Below are positions 50,511 to 62,240 of a stretch of DNA of 64,000 nt, piece after piece. Every line of letters begins with the position of its first letter. Positions within the stretch are counted from its first letter, which is position 1. The translations under genes were made by a program, and so were the position numbers. Below the pieces are notes generated by a model, which was not told where the DNA came from, ran no database searches, and saw only the letters and a list, made by a program, of their open reading frames with translations. Location of the stretch: the NCBI GenBank assembly GCA_035084275.1, contig CM068755.1, forward strand, positions 12,958,001-13,022,000, given 5' to 3'. This DNA comes from Hydrolagus colliei (Eukaryota).

Positions 50511-51662
50511 ATTTTGTGTAAATGCATTTGAATAGAAAATTGGTGAGGATTGCTGTGTGCCACCAGTGCCCTCCATGTCCCGCTCGTCATTTCCCAGCGA
50601 CATAGAGAAAACAGTACATTTTCCCACATGGAAATAGGTGAGGTTTTTTTTTAATGACTTTCTAAAACCTGCCTTTAAATGTTCCCCACATCCTGGGGAA
50701 AAGTAATTTCTAATGCAAACACAGCCTTAAATGGTAATGTTGCTGCACAGGCTCTGAACTGCACTCTGCTAATAATCTAAAGCCCCATTCACATTATATC
50801 TATTTGACCGACATTCTGGGGTCAAACAGCAATTTGTCCCCAGGATATAGGGAAGCACTTTGTGATGTGAATGGGGCTTTTACTGAGGATAGCAGGCGAA
50901 AGCTGGCACATTGCGTCAAGGGCTAGATTAATGGAAAACTTTAGAAAGATTTTACTATGGTGTGTGTGTGCGTGTATGTGCGTGTGTGTATAAAAAAAAA
51001 TGTAACTGTGACACATTGGACAAAATATGACCTTTCGTTGCATCACCTTCCTTCTATATTATTTGGGTATTAAAAATTATCCTGCAGAATGTCAGTGTGA
51101 AAATTCCACATAAAAGTTTGTAAACTTTTTTGATGCTTTGTGTAAGAATACAATGAGAACAGAGCATTTTCTGAATTCTGGCTCGTAAAGCCTGATAAAT
51201 CATATTTTTATGTTTGCCCACAAGTTAATCTGCGCACGGTCACTTCTCTTATCCCATTGAGTATTGCATTTCCTTTGTAGCTTTCAAGCCACACAAATGA
51301 TTTTCAACATCTGCAAAACTATATTACCCCCAAACTGTGAATACAAACAATTCCAAAAAAAATTAGAGAAAAGCATCTGAAACTGTGTCAGTGTTTATAA
51401 TAATTATGGGTAAGCAGCAAAAAAGCATGACTTTGTATGTTTACTGTTTTAAAACACTGCCGTGTTTAATTGCACTGCACAGTTTTGTCCAGATATATCT
51501 TTCAGGTTTTACAGCGTAATGAGGAACAAGACACCAAATATTTCATTACAAAACTGTGGTTCATTGCAGCATCTTCCAGTTAGACCGCAATGGAAATAAA
51601 CAAATGACTGATCTGTGAACACCCCAAGTCAAGACGGAGGGCAGGTTGTGTGTTTGTGACCT

Positions 51663-51677
51663 GCTCCCCCTGGTGGA
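51663..51677 (-). promoter_or_regulatory. candidate CTCF site
   Basis: Minus strand TCCACCAGGGGGAGC versus the consensus CCACCAGGGGGCGC (one mismatch). Confidence 0.45.
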
Positions 51678-52881
51678 TAAAAAGACCTTAAAGAGAATTT
51701 TGCTTTGAGGAACCTCATTTCAACCTTTCAGACTTAACAGTGCAGCATATAGAGGGAGCTTACCATCCCTCGATGCTCTTAATTTTACTGCCCACATTTG
51801 AACCACAAATAAATATTCAAAGTGATAAAAAAAAACAAAGTTTTTTTTCTTCTTGGAGTAGTTGGTGCATTCAAAACCCATCACATCTTATAGCTATGTG
51901 CCCGTGTGTTTATTTATTTTGATGTGCCTTTTATTACTTTTTAATATTTATACAATCGGATTTAAATGTTGATTTCTGACAGGATTTTCGCAAACCATTT
52001 CTTAATAGCAAACAAAGTTGTAGATTCCACATCGGTTTTGGCCCTCTGGCCGAACACTTCTGCTTTTATTTTAAGAGCATTAAGCCTTTCAGTGGAGTGG
52101 CTTAGAACCACACAGGCATTAATAGTGACCTGTAATTAACCATGTGCTTCCATAGCTTATTATTGTAATGTGCTAACTCACTTTTTACATATAGAATGTC
52201 ATCTAAATGTTAAAAGTTTAAAATAAACACTCAAATCTATGTGTCTGACCTTTCAATAATGTACTACTGTTTCAAAACTAATTGTAGGCGGTTTTCATGA
52301 AATGTTACCCTGAAGAAAGCAGGAGCTAGTCTTTTACATGAGAGTTGGGTTTCCGTCATAATACAGAATGTTCCTCAATGAGAACAGGGCAAAGCGATTG
52401 TAACAGTGTATCAGGTAGCTATTTTGCTCTTTGCTTTTCTCCTCCGTCTTGCGGTCCAAAGGGCCTGAAATTCACTTGATTAGGTCAATTTTGCAGGATT
52501 TCTTAACAGGATTTCTAAACCAAGAAGCAAGGTCAGTGATACCGATTCTTGAGACCCCCAATTTTTGGAGAAAGTGTCCCTTCTAATCCGCATAATGTGC
52601 AGTCACTGCACTTTACAGAAAACACATCAAGACGTCACAGATACTGTGGCAAATGTAAGTATTTTGTGTGGCATTATTCTACTGGTTGTAAACAACTTAA
52701 TTAAGAAAGGAGACTAGGTTACAATAACACCCATGTTAAAATCCATCTTTATTAATATTTGCCTCTGTTCGCTGAATTAGACGACAGCCATTTTAAAAGT
52801 AAACACTTCATGCACAAATCAAAGGCACCAGGTGATATGATTATCTATTGATACTCAATAACATCCACTCAGTGAGATACT

Positions 52882-53135
52882 TAATAATTAATAATAATTA
52901 ATAAATGCAATCCTTGCATTTGACATGATGTCATTGAGACATCTCAAAGCGTTTCACAGAATATACTGTAAAATAAAGTCCCATGAGAAGGGCAATAGAT
53001 CAATCCAAGATCTTTTGTAGTTGTTGTAAAGTGAATTGACTGTACATTTTGTGGGAGAAACAATTTCACACAGCAGTGTCCCACAAACAATTGTGGTTGA
53101 GTGACCAAATTATCATTATTATTGTTATTATTACT
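52882..53135 (-). mobile_element. SINE 3' half with nested L2-like tail insert (52973-53024)
   Basis: Family sequence ...GAATATACTGTAAA|GTGAATTGACTG is split; TGTAAA is duplicated at 52967-52972 and 53025-53030. Confidence 0.8.
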
Positions 53136-53379
53136 TAATAGCATCCAGCTCTGGATTAATTTAATTAACTCAAAGCTGGACAGTTGGTCTCATGTATATT
53201 TATGAAATGAATGTAGAAGCTTTGGAGCAGATTCAGCAGTGCAATAGTTAATCCTTGTTTGACACCATTGAGTTAGGAATGCTGAACCTTCCTTAAACTT
53301 CTCGGGACACATTTGCCATAAATGTCACTGAAAGAAGAGAGAGAGAGAGAGAGAAAGAGAGGCAGACTGTGTGACACGT

Positions 53380-53600
53380 TTGTTATTGGTAATTCATTCA
53401 GGCAAATCCGGGTATTTCTCCAAAGGTTTTTTTTATTGTCTCATAAACAGCGTTTTAAAAAAAAAGTTCCTCTCGTTTTGATAATTAAAAATTCCTCAAC
53501 GTCTGCGGGAATGGAACTATAAAAGTCTGATCGGCGTTTGACAGCCTTGCCTGACAGGGATGGTTTCAGAGACATGCTGAAGGTTTCAAGCCTGTTGGCA
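53380..53600. promoter_or_regulatory. candidate conserved enhancer
   Basis: CpG-retaining and repeat-free; paired TGACAG sites, CTCATAAA and TAATTA. Confidence 0.45.
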
Positions 53601-54386
53601 GCCAGGTCTTGACCTGCAGGCCTGGGTGCGCCATTGTAACATGACCTGACACCAGGTGTGTGCCCGAAGGGCTTTGGGCTGGGAAGCCAGCACTAACCAA
53701 CTCTCCCTAACCACCCAGATCCCATTAGCTGTGCAGCCCTTACATTCTTTGTTTTGATAGGTGTTTGGTATTTTGACTGAACCGCGCACAAATGCCTTTT
53801 TGTTTTACTTGAAAATATCAGTTCATAGAGGAGAGGGGAGAGGAAATGAGACCGCATGTAAAGACCGTTTTCATTTGGTGTGTGGCAATAATCTACATTT
53901 GATTATCTCGTGACATTACATGATGTATGGCTTGCATATGGGATGGAAATAGTAGCGAAGATTTGTTGAAAGGGGTTTGAGAATCCAGTGCTAAAATAAG
54001 GCTGATGATTAAGCCTCAGCAGAAATGTGTGACCCCGTGCAGCCTGCTTCTCATCAGCAGGAGTGTGTATCTGCAGCTTTTACGACTTATTATCAACAAC
54101 CATCAGCACTAAATAACTACCGAGAGTGGACAAGAAGCATGTATATTTACAGGCCAGAAATTCCACCTGGTGTTAAAGAGCCCGTAAAGTGCTCCAAGAC
54201 ACTGTCCTAGGAGAAGGACGTAATATAAATGCAAGTCGTTGTTGCTGCAGCTGAAAGGCCATTTTGTGTTCAAGTTTGTGATGATGAGGAATTAAGGAAT
54301 ATTGTATCATAAAACTAGGTGGGCTTTCAAACCTACTGTTCTGATAAAAAATGTGATTTGAAATTATTTTAAGGGAAGTTGTATTT

Positions 54387-54690
54387 ATGTGGCTCAGTGG
54401 TTTGAGCGTTTGCTTTACAAGCAAGAGACCTGGGTTCAATCCCAGGCAAGGCAAAAGCTTGGGCAAGTTTCCTTACTCTACATGCCTGATAATAATCCTT
54501 CACCCCTCAAAAAAAAATTGGTCACTTCAATCCATGAGTGTTTGTAGGACACTGCTGTGTGCAATTGACTGCGCGTTTTACCCACAAAATATACAATCAA
54601 TTCACCTTACATTACATTCTGTGAGGCACTTTGAGACATCCCGAAGACGTGAAAAGCACTATCTCAAATGCAAGGAATATTATTATTGTA
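54387..54690 (+). mobile_element. full-length tRNA-derived SINE
   Basis: A-box TGGCTCAGTGG, B-box GGTTCAATCC, family body, tail GCAAGGAATATTATTATT. Confidence 0.9.
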
Positions 54691-54749
54691 ACTATGAATG
54701 TTGCAGGTAGTTGTGGACCCATTTTTGGATGCCCCATAATCCTCATGTA

Positions 54750-54880
54750 TTTAGAACCAGAGAACCATAAACAAATTATGGCACCAAAATAGGTTATTTG
54801 GCCAGTTGTGTCTGTGCTGGAACCCTCAAGAGCAATCCTTTCAGTCCCATATACTGTCCCATTCCCCTTACCCCTGTAGC
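54750..54880 (-). mobile_element. CR1-type 3' end
   Basis: TAGAACCAGAGAACCAT...ATTTGGCC...TGTCTGTGCTGG...AGAGCAATCC...AGTCCCA resembles an antisense CR1 terminus. Confidence 0.55.
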
Positions 54881-55534
54881 CGACACTTATCTATCATGTT
54901 TTATAACATAGAGCAGAGATAGCCAGCGACCAGCCAAGTGCAAGTCTACCTCCATAGCCATCAGTTGGGATTGTAAGATGGAAGCAATACATTGACCAGT
55001 GCTGAATTGGTAAGTTTACGGAGGGTTCCCTCTATACTTCATAGTATGTGAAACATGGAAATTGATGCAGTTCTCCTTCCAAATACTCTGTTGATTCAAT
55101 CATGAAATGCCAGGGATAAAATCACATCGTGCAAGATGCAATTATTTTAAATCAGAAAACTTGATTGTGGCATTATTCATGATTGAATTAATATTACATA
55201 TGTGGCCCATCAGTGCGTAATGTGAATGCTCTGAAAGTTGAATTCAATTTTCCAAAGTTAGAGTTTGGATTTCAGATAAGACTTACTGAGTAGCGCATCA
55301 TGTGGAAATACGATTGCAAAGGAATTACTGGGGAGAAATTCCACTTGGAGCTAGATTTACTCTTTTTATATAACATTTAGAGCCTCCAGAAATTGTCAAA
55401 TTGTTGAATTCAGTCTTAAAAGAATTTACAGGAATCTGGCTTTACAATTAAGGCTGTATTGAATCAACAAATGATATTGCAAATTTACAAATTATGCAAA
55501 TTAGAGAATTCACCAAATCTTGCATGTTCTAAAA

Positions 55535-56072
55535 TAACAACAACAACTTCGATTTATATAGCGCCCTCCACGCCGGACGGCATCTCAGAGCGCTTCACAA
55601 TAGCGGATCCCGGGACCAAGCCAGGGGTAGAAAGGTGACCAAAGGCACGGTCGAAGAGAAAGGTCTTCAGCTGTGACCTGAAGCTGAGAAAAGAGGGGGC
55701 AAGGAGAAGGTAGTGAGGAAGGGAATTCCAGAGCCTTGGGGCATAGTGGCTGAAGGCACGGCCGCCGAGGGTGGAGCAGAGGATTCGGAAGACTTGGAGG
55801 AGGCCAGACCCAGTGGAGTGAAGGCAACGGGAGCTGGTTTGAGGAGAGAGGAGGTCAGAGAGGTAGTGGGGGTGCAGAGGAGTGGAGGGATTTGAAGACA
55901 ATGGTGAGGATCTTGAAGTCGATCCTCTCGGGGATATGGAGCCAGTGAAGTCTGGCAAGGACTGGAGTAATGGGGGAGCGAAGTTTGGTACGGGTGAGTA
56001 TGCGGGCAGCAGAGTTTTGAATGAGTTGGATTTTGTGGATTGTGGTGGAGACGAGACCGGCGAGAAGTGCAT
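55535..56072 (-). mobile_element. L2 LINE, 5'-truncated (ORF2 C-terminus plus tail)
   Basis: ALLAGL...IQLIQNSAARILT...ITPVLARLHWL..ERIDFKIL, one frameshift near 55870, then YLSDLL...GGRAFSHYAPRLWNSLP...FRSQLKTFLF and a (TTG)n tail. Confidence 0.95.
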
Positions 56073-56519
56073 TGGAAAATATTACATAAATAGAATAAAT
56101 TTAGGCACATGTAGTATTTCTCCTCTCATACAATTTTTTAAATTATTTTGTAACTAGTCAACTATTAAGCAAGTGGTTACAGTTTAGAGGGATAATGAAG
56201 TCCATCACTCACCGACTGCTAATGCTTGGGATCTTTGTCCTACAAGAGTGACATTCCTTTTAGCATTTGTCACTGATAGACCTCAGTGTATCAATTTCCA
56301 CTTGTATCTTTCAATTCCTCTCCTTTCTAGAATTAACCGGATCTCACTCCCACTTTCCAGTGATAGAAACACTCCTGAATAATCCAGGGATTAAAAGCAA
56401 ACGGCAAATTTATGCTGTTTAATTAGTATTCAATGAACCCCGTTTGTGCATCTGACCAGCACTTGACTCAACCAGAGGCATGCTGCCCCAGACCAGCTGA
56501 GGAGGTGGTTTCAGAATCA

Positions 56520-56737
56520 ACAATCCTGCTGTGGCCAACAATCCTCCTACGCATAAAATTGGTTATTCACTTCATGGCTATTTGTGGGACTGCGCTCTAA
56601 ACAATTTGGGACATTGCTCTGCTGTGTTTACCTACAAAATACGCAGCCACTCCGCTTCCCAGTTACTCTTGTGAAGCATTTTGCAATGCCCTCCCAACAT
56701 GAGAGGTGATTTATCAAATGCAAAAATTCTTATTATC
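56520..56737 (+). mobile_element. Deu-domain SINE 3' part
   Basis: TGGCCAACAATCC...ATTCACTTCATGGCTATTTGTGGGAC...CCTACAAAATAC...TATCAAATGCAA. Confidence 0.7.
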
Positions 56738-56919
56738 AAGCCAGGGCATCAGCTGCGGCACAAATCATGTTTGTGCAAAGGAATTGAAAACATTTTTAAA
56801 AGTTTTAAAAGTTCTTGTGCGGTCCATCGTCCAACCTTCAGCTCCCTAATGTGCAGGGAGAGCCAGTTGCACTCCTGACTCCTTAATAACATTAAGCTTA
56901 GTTGCACATACTTAGAGCT

Positions 56920-57400
56920 CTGCTCAAGCCCCTGGGGGCAACAATGTTGGAGTGGGATGTATAAATCCAGTTTCCCACTCCGAGTGACGAATCACTCCAG
57001 CAGTACAAATGAGGCATAAAAGCCACGTCCTGAAAAATGAACTGAATACGTTATAAGGATCCTTCCTCTCAGCGTGATGCTGCTTGTTGTGATTGTGTGA
57101 GGGCATTTGCTTTTCATTAGTGTGGCTTTTCGTTTTACACACACGTGGAATGATTGTGATACATTTTCTCTTCTTACGGTACCAGAATGGGCGATGCCCT
57201 GAAGCAAGCACACTGTCGAATCGCTCAGTCGCATAAGACACATGTTTCGTTCTGTGCCTTTTTATTGCATGAGAAAGGTCTCGCTCCAGGTATGTGCTGC
57301 AATAAACTCCACATTCGGAGGAAAGATTACATGTTCCTACTTTTTTCAGCCTCGCCCTTGTTTTTTTACCACCGAGGTGTCATATAAAATCTGGTCAGAC
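56920..57400. promoter_or_regulatory. candidate conserved non-coding element with 5' hairpins
   Basis: CpG-retaining and repeat-free; CACGTG and GCATAAAA motifs; inverted repeats at 56948-56999. Confidence 0.4.
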
Positions 57401-59039
57401 CTGTGAGAGGCACCTATGCCCTACAGGCCAAACCCGTCTCCAAACTCTGTATTTAAAAAAAGCTAACTTCGAATATATTAATGCTCACATAATTTTTTAA
57501 AAAATGCTGCTCCTCTGCCTATAATGCTCAGACCTCCAGAGTCGCTTTGCTGTAATAATTCAAAGGAGGAAAAGTTCTGCCAAAAGCACAGTAAGGTTTT
57601 TGGATGATTTTAGCAAAAATAAAGTGGATAATTTGCAAGAAGACACTACCATCAAGGAAGACTTGATTACACTGTAGTGTGTAATGTTTAACCAATTGTC
57701 CCCTATGTTATTGTTTTCATGTCTGTTCCCAATATCTAGAGCACAGCCTCTGAGTTTAAACACAAGTTCTCCAGTTCATGTGTTTTAAGTGAGGCAAAAA
57801 AAAGCAATCGCCTCCTAATTAAATTTAGGAAAAAAAATAACCTGACCCCATTTCACTTCCTGCTCTTTCTGGACACCCTTTAACTCTGACCTTCCTGTGA
57901 AAGGATTCATTTTATTGTGTGGTTACGTCTGAAAGTGATTTGTGATTCTGCAAGGCGTTTGCTCCACAAAGTACGGACAAATTGTGTTTTGTGATGAATG
58001 TCCAGAAACTGTCCAATAGGCCCCATTTCACACTTTCAACAGCCAGAGAAAGAGAGTGAGGGAGAACAATGTTAGCAAAATATGATTTATTCAATGACTG
58101 CAAGGGATTTCCGAAGTTTAGTTGGAGGGAAAAAATGGTATGTGGATAAAATCTCTCCCAGTTACTCACCATAATACAGTATTTTGTTTTCCTCAGAATG
58201 TTGTAAGCTTCAACAAATGTTCACCTACAAAATACACAGTCACTACATTTCATATAAATCTTGTGAAAAAGCTCTAAAACGTTCCCCTGACCTGAAAAGC
58301 GCTATATAAATGTAAATTGTTCTGTAACGACAAGAAAATGTCATGTGCAGTATTTTTCATTGAATGAATTTACCCTTTCAGACTTTAACTATTTTTAAAC
58401 TATTCTCAGAGTTTGGGAGACCTTTAATATATTAAGAAGCAGTAATGGTAGGTAATGTCATAAATTTCACATTGCCAAGGAATTCACAACACATTATTAT
58501 CACGATTACATTCAATCTGCTGCACGAATCCAGCATTACAAATACAATATTGGTGGGGGGGGGGAAACATTCCTGATTTCATGGTTCACTGAGGAGCCTC
58601 AGCTACAATCGCCTAAAAATAAAATCAAACCTTCAAAATGATGAAGGACGTAGAGGACAGCAAAGAGCAGCTTTACTGACCTTGAAAAAGAAAGGTTACC
58701 AGAAAGAAAGAGGCCAAGCAACAGATGTCAGATACTGAGGAAAGTAATCACCTTATGGTTCCTCCAGAGAAGATTAACATTACTTTTTAACATTACAAAC
58801 AACTTTAAAAGATCAACAACTTGTATTTATAATGGTGCCTTTCACCCAGGATAGCGTTGTAGCGATTTGGGCATTGGTATCCAATGTACACTAACTTAAC
58901 ATCATGAGCAGTATTACATGGCAAGATACACCTGGCTTTCATAATTGTTTTTTCTTTACATTTCTTAGAGGTTGAAAGCAAACCTGCATTTCAATGGCTT
59001 ATGCAGTAGACTCTTCAAATCTAATCAGACCATGTATCA

Positions 59040-59750
59040 GAATTGTATGTCGTGTCCACACAACATTGTGCCAAAAATCGCCAGTTCTTTAGAAGCTTCT
59101 ACTATCATGTCAAAGAAAGAAGACACAGGAAGATGACTGCTGTGAAGTGCTAGCCAACATTCAAGGGGATACACACAGCCAAACCCGAAAATCGAGGGCA
59201 TCGTCTTGCATGCAGGAGTCTTTGTGAAAATGAAGAGGTCATCATCCGTATCACCTGTAAAACACAAAGTGACATGTCAGCCGTGGAAGTCAATCACCTT
59301 GGGTCTTACCTTGGAAATCGTAGGCAGGATGTGTCCTCAAAACAAGACACCAACACTGCTCTGTGAGGGTTGTCTTCCATCAACTGGTAGAAGAACCATC
59401 CCTGGCTCTGAACATGCAAAATAACTGAGGGTGGTTAGCCAGGCAGCCTTGCTCGCTCTTTCATCAACTTGCTAAGCGCACTCAACTGACACCTGCCAAC
59501 CTCTTCCTTGCAGCTCAGGGATGTCACCAGTCAAACCTCCTTGGAGTCTTCTGACAGCCAGAGTAACAGAATTGTTGAAACGACCTCAAATGGCTCTGTG
59601 ACAGACATGACATTCTTTTCAGAGGCTAATCTGTGTTACAATGTTTCACTCCAAAGTTCAACTTCAAACAGTATTTTGAGAGAGGGGTTTATTTTGCCTT
59701 TATTAACTCGCCTTTTCTTTCTGCTATTCCTAACCGGTAGATTTGTTTCA
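59040..59750 (-). pseudogene. decayed Harbinger transposase
   Basis: TGDI (59531), VGRC (59500), ERAR (59458), FYQL (59392), P..K.DA..FR (near 59200) and YPLECWL (59171-59151) occur in the order, and largely the spacing, of HARBI1-family GD/SRC/ERA/FYGL/PGSxHDA/YPLxxWL; stops and frameshifts are present. Confidence 0.5.
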
Positions 59751-59899
59751 TGAAAAACTGAATGTTGTCATAATCTGCATCTAGCACCTCTTCCCCTTAC
59801 TACTGAAACTTAGTTTAGCATTTGAAATCTACAGAATTTTTTTTTAAAAAAGGGAAAAAGGCAGAGTTGTAACCCAGTACCCTGCACTTTACCCTTCAA

Positions 59900-60465
59900 A
59901 ATGTTCCTGCTTGTCGGCCTTCCCAATTCCTCCCTCTATAGGCTTCAGACAATCCAGATAATCTGTGGGCCATGTGCTCTATCATTCCAAGCTTTGTGAC
60001 CCCATCTCCCCCTCCTCGCACGACTCTATTGGCTCCCCATCACCCAAAGGATTCAATTCAAGGTCCTGGTCCTCACATTCAAAGTACTCCATGGTCTCTC
60101 CCCACCCTATCTCTGCAACCTCCTAACCCCCTACCAACTTGCCTGCCCCCTCCACTCAGTAGGCTCCAGCCTGCTTCATATCGCCCAACCCATCCGCCCC
60201 ACATTGGTGGGAGAACCATCATTCACTCTGCCCCGAACCTTTGGAACTCCATGCCGCAATCCATCCGCCTTGCCCCCTCCCTAGCGTCCTTCAAGTCCCG
60301 CCTCAAGACCCTTCTCTTCGACAGTCCCATCGGTCACCTCAAATCCCCCGCTTTCCCTCTACCCCCCCGCCCCCACAACTGGGATCTGAAACAATGACTG
60401 CCCAATACCTTGGAACATCCTCCTGACGTGAAAGGTGCTATACAAGTGTAATTTTGTCATTGTTC
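59900..60465 (+). mobile_element. L2 LINE 3' fragment
   Basis: LLVGLP..SLYRLQ, WLPI..RIQFKVL, GGRT..HSAPNLWNSMPQSIRLAPSLASFKSRLKTLLF; tail TCCTCCTGACGTGAAAGGTGCTATAC. Confidence 0.9.
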
Positions 60466-60549
60466 TGACAAATTTCAAATGCTAACTATGAGAAAAAGTG
60501 CACAAACTTCATCTGATCCAAAGGTCCCATGACAGGTCACAGAGAAGCA

Positions 60550-60808
60550 CATTAAACCGAGATGCTCTCTGTCTGTTTAAGTGGACGACAAAGATGCTTT
60601 GACAAAAGTCAAAAAGAGAAGGAAGATTCTCCTGGTATCCTGGTCAACAATCCCCTGAATACAATTTGCCATTCACTTCATAGCTGATTGTCTGATATTA
60701 TTGTGTGAGAATTGGTCGCTGTGTTTGCCTACAAAACACACAGTTACTACAGTTTACATAAAATCCTGATGTGGCGTGTTATGAAATGGAAAAGTTATTA
60801 TTATTAAC
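60550..60808 (+). mobile_element. Deu-domain SINE, 5'-truncated
   Basis: ATTAAACCGAG...GTGGACG..AAAGAT...CCTGGTATCCTGGTCAACAATCCC core. Confidence 0.75.
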
Positions 60809-62109
60809 TAACCAGAAAATGCAAGTTTGCTTTGATTACATTGACAGAAGAGTTAATACCCATTCTACTGAAAAGGATGCCACTGATGACAGCGTTTGCT
60901 TTGATCATGGGGTGGCCACACACACTGGGTATCTCTGAGCAAATTCTTCAGTTCATTCTCCTTACATTTCGCACATAACTACCTGAAGAACCTTCATAAG
61001 TCACTTACAATTGGAACAGGATAGCTGCCAGCAATAATAACAACTTCTCATGAACATCATAACTCGCCTGACGAAAGCTTATTTTCTTTCAACGAGAGAG
61101 GAAAAAGTGTCAGTTCATGGCACTTGCTTATCATCAAACTTCACAAGTAACTTCCTATTATTAGCTTATTGGTTCTCTGTGTAATATCCAAGATACCTGA
61201 CAGCCAGCAATTCGTTACACTGACTGATTCAGAAAAGCATTGCATCCAACTACTCAGCAGTTTATACGAGCTGGTCATCTTACCTATTTACTTTTGTTTT
61301 CAGTTCAACAAGGATAGGGTTTGCACTCACACCAATTATTATGAATAATACAGGCACACTACGCTCTACACAATCGCATTGTTTAGACACTACGAACAAT
61401 GTCTCACTATTTTTCCAAGCTGAATCTCAAGACAGCCACCATTGACTGTACATCAGAATTTTTGTGATGACTTTGACAAATAACTTTGAAAGCATTCAAT
61501 AAATCTCATCAACTCATTTTGTAGAGTGTTGTATTTTGTCAAAATCTCATTAACTTCCAAACTTGCTTTAATTGGATGAAATTTGAGATAGCCTCCAACG
61601 TGACTGTTCCCTTTAAGTGTTCAGGTAACGACGGTTCTGAGTTTGACTATTTAATATGTAGTTTCTCTTCAAAATAGCATAGTGCTTGGTTAAAGTCCAT
61701 GCTTGCCACAAAATGCAATTTCTTTCTTCCTAGATCTGAGCATGTTTAAAATATTTCACAGGTGCTAAATAAAACTTTTACAGAGCATTGTGTAAAGATA
61801 TTGTATTTGAAGACTGTGGCTATGAATTACCTTGAAGAAGATTGTGCAAAGCCAAAAGTCTGTCAAGGTTGAAATTCCTAATGCAATAGCAACAAAAGAT
61901 ACATTGAACAGTCATTTCCAATATGATTTTATTAAAGTAAATTAACTCTGACACTTGCTGCTGTGCAGGAAATAGAACTATTTCAAATCTTGCTAGGGTC
62001 AATCCACAAAACTCATGTAAATCTCATAATGTTAATGTCGCTTTGTTATTAGCATTGCACATCTCAAATGTATTCTAATTTGTTTCACCCAAGCATTCTT
62101 AGTATAGAA

Positions 62110-62240
62110 CGCAAAGCTGCTGCGTTTCACCTGCAAAATATGCAGTCAATTCACTTTACAGTATATTTTGTGAAGCGCTCTGAGACATCTCGAAGGCGTG
62201 ATAAGGCGCTACATCAAATGCAAGGATTATTATTTATTCT
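62110..62240 (+). mobile_element. SINE 3' fragment
   Basis: CAGTCAATTCACTTTACAGTATATTTTGTGAAGCGCTCTGAGAC...AAATGCAAGGATTATTATT. Confidence 0.85.

Noticed and set aside
54387-54460. tRNA gene (also at 25150, 39982 and 40271)
   Set aside because: The tRNA-like heads continue into a common SINE body and tail, have degenerate acceptor stems, and their anticodons vary between copies
55554-56072. 172-aa ORF as a protein-coding gene
   Set aside because: It is a frameshifted, 5'-truncated L2 ORF2 fragment; its first half is out of frame
59255-59309. Minus-strand mini-intron (AAG|GTAAGA...CTGAC...TTTTACAG|G)
   Set aside because: 55 nt is very short for a vertebrate intron, splicing creates an immediate stop in the best frame, and the transposase-fossil reading runs through it
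60900-61230. Harbinger-like words (GISE, FNERG, PDSQ)
   Set aside because: Too few identities to separate from noise
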